Shown: one piece after another, positions 49,585-51,234 of the stretch | Layout of the letters: the number at the start of each line of letters is the position of its first letter | Position numbering within the stretch: position 1 is the stretch's first letter | Assembly: GCA_903924955.1 (NCBI GenBank) | Contig: CAIYDK010000137.1 | Coordinates: forward strand, 1 to 51,234 | Reading direction: 5' to 3' | DNA: 51,234 bases | Source of the DNA: an uncultured beta proteobacterium | Lineage (GTDB): Bacteria > Pseudomonadota > Gammaproteobacteria > Burkholderiales > Burkholderiaceae_C | Notes under the pieces: generated by a model | Database searches by the model: none | Told to the model about the DNA's origin: nothing | What the model saw: the letters and a program-made list of their open reading frames with translations, nothing else | Translations under genes and position numbers: made by a program

Positions 49585-49627
49585 AGTATGGCCCCAACGA
49601 TGCCAAACCTGAGTGACAAAGGTCACA
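49585..49627 (-). promoter_or_regulatory. CRP-type class II promoter of the DUF4395 gene
   Basis: Minus-strand TGTGA-CCTTTG-TCACT (49612-49627), centred at -41.5 relative to a CATACT -10 (49585-49590). Confidence 0.6.
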
Positions 49628-49739
49628 CAGGTAAGCTAGCGCTGTCGTGGGCGGTGTCATTCACGTGTAATGGAGCACAATCAGAATCACCAGAAGGGCA
49701 AACAGAACTACACAGTAGTCGAACTGAATCGGTGGTGGA

Positions 49740-50045
49740 ATGCGTATTAGAAGCAGTTTTTGGGCGGTATTGGGTCGCGATGGTGCTGACTCGCACGACG
49801 TCGCGTTGGAGCGCGTTCGCACCGCCATGCTGCGGGTGACTGACGAGTTTGGGGGCAAGCAAAATGGCCGACTGGACATGCAAATCAGTGAAGCGCGGGA
49901 AATCGCGGAGTTGTGGCATCTGCGCCCTGATCTCATGCAACTAGTCGCTGCAGTTCGGGGTGAAGAAGTGGCACGCGAATGCGTCAATGAAATTACAGTC
50001 CTGTTCAAGAAGCATCATCTCGGCGGAGCTTCCCTGCGTTTGTAG
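49740..50045 (+). CDS. Hypothetical protein
   Basis: 101-aa helical ORF with an LWHLRPDLMQ motif and a GGTGGA RBS. Confidence 0.65.
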   Translation: MRIRSSFWAVLGRDGADSHDVALERVRTAMLRVTDEFGGKQNGRLDMQISEAREIAELWHLRPDLMQLVAAVRGEEVARECVNEITVLFKKHHLGGASLRL

Positions 50046-50084
50046 TTTTGACGGGTAGTGGGGCGATGGAATTCACCACATACG

Positions 50085-50110
50085 AAAAACCCGGCACACA
50101 GGTTCGGGTC
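50085..50110 (-). terminator. Terminator after tRNA-Gly
   Basis: Minus-strand ACCCG...CGGGT followed by TTTT. Confidence 0.5.
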
Positions 50111-50123
50111 TGAAATAACCATT

Positions 50124-50197
50124 TGGAGCGGGCGATGGGAATCGAACCCACGTTATTTGCTTGGGAAGCAAGAGTCCTGCCATTGAACGACGCCCGC
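50124..50197 (-). tRNA. tRNA-Gly (CCC)
   Basis: GCGGGCG acceptor stem, TTCCCAA in the anticodon arm, GTTCGATT T loop and encoded CCA; 74 nt. Confidence 0.97.
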
Positions 50198-50206
50198 GCG
50201 CCATGC

Positions 50207-50234
50207 ATTCTACTTTTGAATGTCCCCAATGCAA
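50207..50234 (-). promoter_or_regulatory. Sigma70 promoter of tRNA-Gly, embedded in the gabD 3' end
   Basis: TTGCAT-16 bp-TAGAAT, where TAG is the gabD stop codon. Confidence 0.6.
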
Positions 50235-51234
50235 AGGTACTTGATCTCTACGTAGTCATCCATACCGAAGTGCGAACCCTCGCGACCCAAGCCCGATTGC
50301 TTGACGCCACCAAAGGGCACATGTTCGGTGGCCAGAATGCCGACGTTGATACCCACCATGCCGTACTCCAGAGCTTCGGCTACGCGGTAGATGCGACCAA
50401 TGTCGCGGCTGTAGAAATAGCTGGCCAGCCCGAATTCCGTGGCGTTTGCCGCATCGACCGCTTCCTGTTCGGTCTTGAACCTGAACACCGGCGCGAAAGG
50501 CCCAAAGGTTTCTTCACGTGCGCACAGCATGTCCGGAGTGGCCTCAGAGACAACGGTGGGTTCAAAGAATTGACCAGAGCCCATTCCCGTTAGTCGCTTG
50601 CCTCCCACCAGTACACGGCCCCCCTTGGCTAGCGCGTCGTCAACATGGCGCTGCACTTTTTCCAGTGCAGCTTCCTCAATCAGTGGGCCTTGATTCACGC
50701 CATCCTCAAACCCGTTGCCCACCTTGGCGGTGCGCACTTTGTTTGCGAATTTTTCCACGAACTGGTCGTACACACCGTCCTGTACATAGAACCGGTTGGA
50801 GCAGACGCAGGTCTGGCCTGCATTGCGGTATTTGCTGGCGAATGCGCCTTCCACTGCGCTGTCGACGTCAGCATCGTCAAACACGATGAAGGGCGCATTG
50901 CCGCCGAGTTCCAGTGACAGCTTCTTGACGGTTGGTGCACTTTGGGCCATCAGGATTCGGCCTACTTCGGTAGAGCCGGTGAAGCTGATGTGGCGCACCA
51001 CATCACTGGCACACAGTACTTTGCCGATTGCAATGGAATTGTTGCTGTCGGCGCTAAGCATATTGAGCACGCCGGCCGGAATGCCGGCGCGGATCGCCAG
51101 TTCTGCTGCAGCCAGCGCGGTCAAGGGTGTCAATTCGGCCGGTTTGATGATCACCGTGCAGCCGGCCGCCAAGGCAGGCGCTACCTTGCGGGTGATCATG
51201 GCTAACGGGAAGTTCCATGGCGTGATGGCCGCGC
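50210..51234 (-). CDS. gabD: NAD(P)-dependent succinate-semialdehyde dehydrogenase (5' end outside the window)
   Basis: ITPWNFP, SFTGSTEVG, LELGGNAP, RNAGQTCVC, EETFGP and PFGGVKQSGLGREG. Confidence 0.93.
   Translation of the reverse strand, partial: AAITPWNFPLAMITRKVAPALAAGCTVIIKPAELTPLTALAAAELAIRAGIPAGVLNMLSADSNNSIAIGKVLCASDVVRHISFTGSTEVGRILMAQSAPTVKKLSLELGGNAPFIVFDDADVDSAVEGAFASKYRNAGQTCVCSNRFYVQDGVYDQFVEKFANKVRTAKVGNGFEDGVNQGPLIEEAALEKVQRHVDDALAKGGRVLVGGKRLTGMGSGQFFEPTVVSEATPDMLCAREETFGPFAPVFRFKTEQEAVDAANATEFGLASYFYSRDIGRIYRVAEALEYGMVGINVGILATEHVPFGGVKQSGLGREGSHFGMDDYVEIKYLCIGDIQK

Noticed and set aside
50124-50150. att-type duplication of the tRNA-Gly 3' end marking an integrated element
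   Set aside because: By eye only 9-10 bp chance matches were found (near 22538 and 45450), and there is no integrase in the window.
50156-50172. C-A mismatch at the top of the tRNA-Gly anticodon stem as a sign of a pseudo-tRNA
   Set aside because: The other arms, CCA end, promoter and terminator are intact; a terminal stem mismatch is tolerated.

Overview
Bacterial chromosomal segment. Gene content and protein style point to a betaproteobacterium of the Comamonadaceae (Rhodoferax-like; inference). Left to right: a MoxR-DUF58-transglutaminase-mltB operon; HDAC-family and MscS genes; etfBA, an acyl-CoA dehydrogenase and a nitronate monooxygenase behind LiuR-like and FadP-like operators; a beta-CASP metallo-hydrolase behind a perfect FNR box; grpE-dnaK-dnaJ; FKBP; HxlR; ComFB; aroE; rpoD and dnaG split by an orphan solute-binding protein; ggt; two AhpD/CMD genes; a PAS-LuxR regulator with an RND pump, divergent from scoAB; glk-malQ; mipA; mobB; an arsenic/metal cluster (arsR-arsI-arsC-acr3, a SoxH-like MBL, a CDF transporter, a thioredoxin-like domain fused to ArsA, DUF4395); tRNA-Gly(CCC); and partial gabD. 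No integrase, transposase or CRISPR array was seen. The strongest unexplained signal is a dispersed 43-bp fixed-spacing DNA motif, TGCTAT-N7-RTAGC-N6-CGC-N7-RCGGGGGCT. It has five clear copies and one degenerate copy, in both orientations. Three copies lie inside coding sequence: the MltB signal peptide, the DUF58 core, and the RND adaptor C-terminus together with the ribosome-binding site of the next gene. All product calls come from reading motifs by eye; no database search was run.
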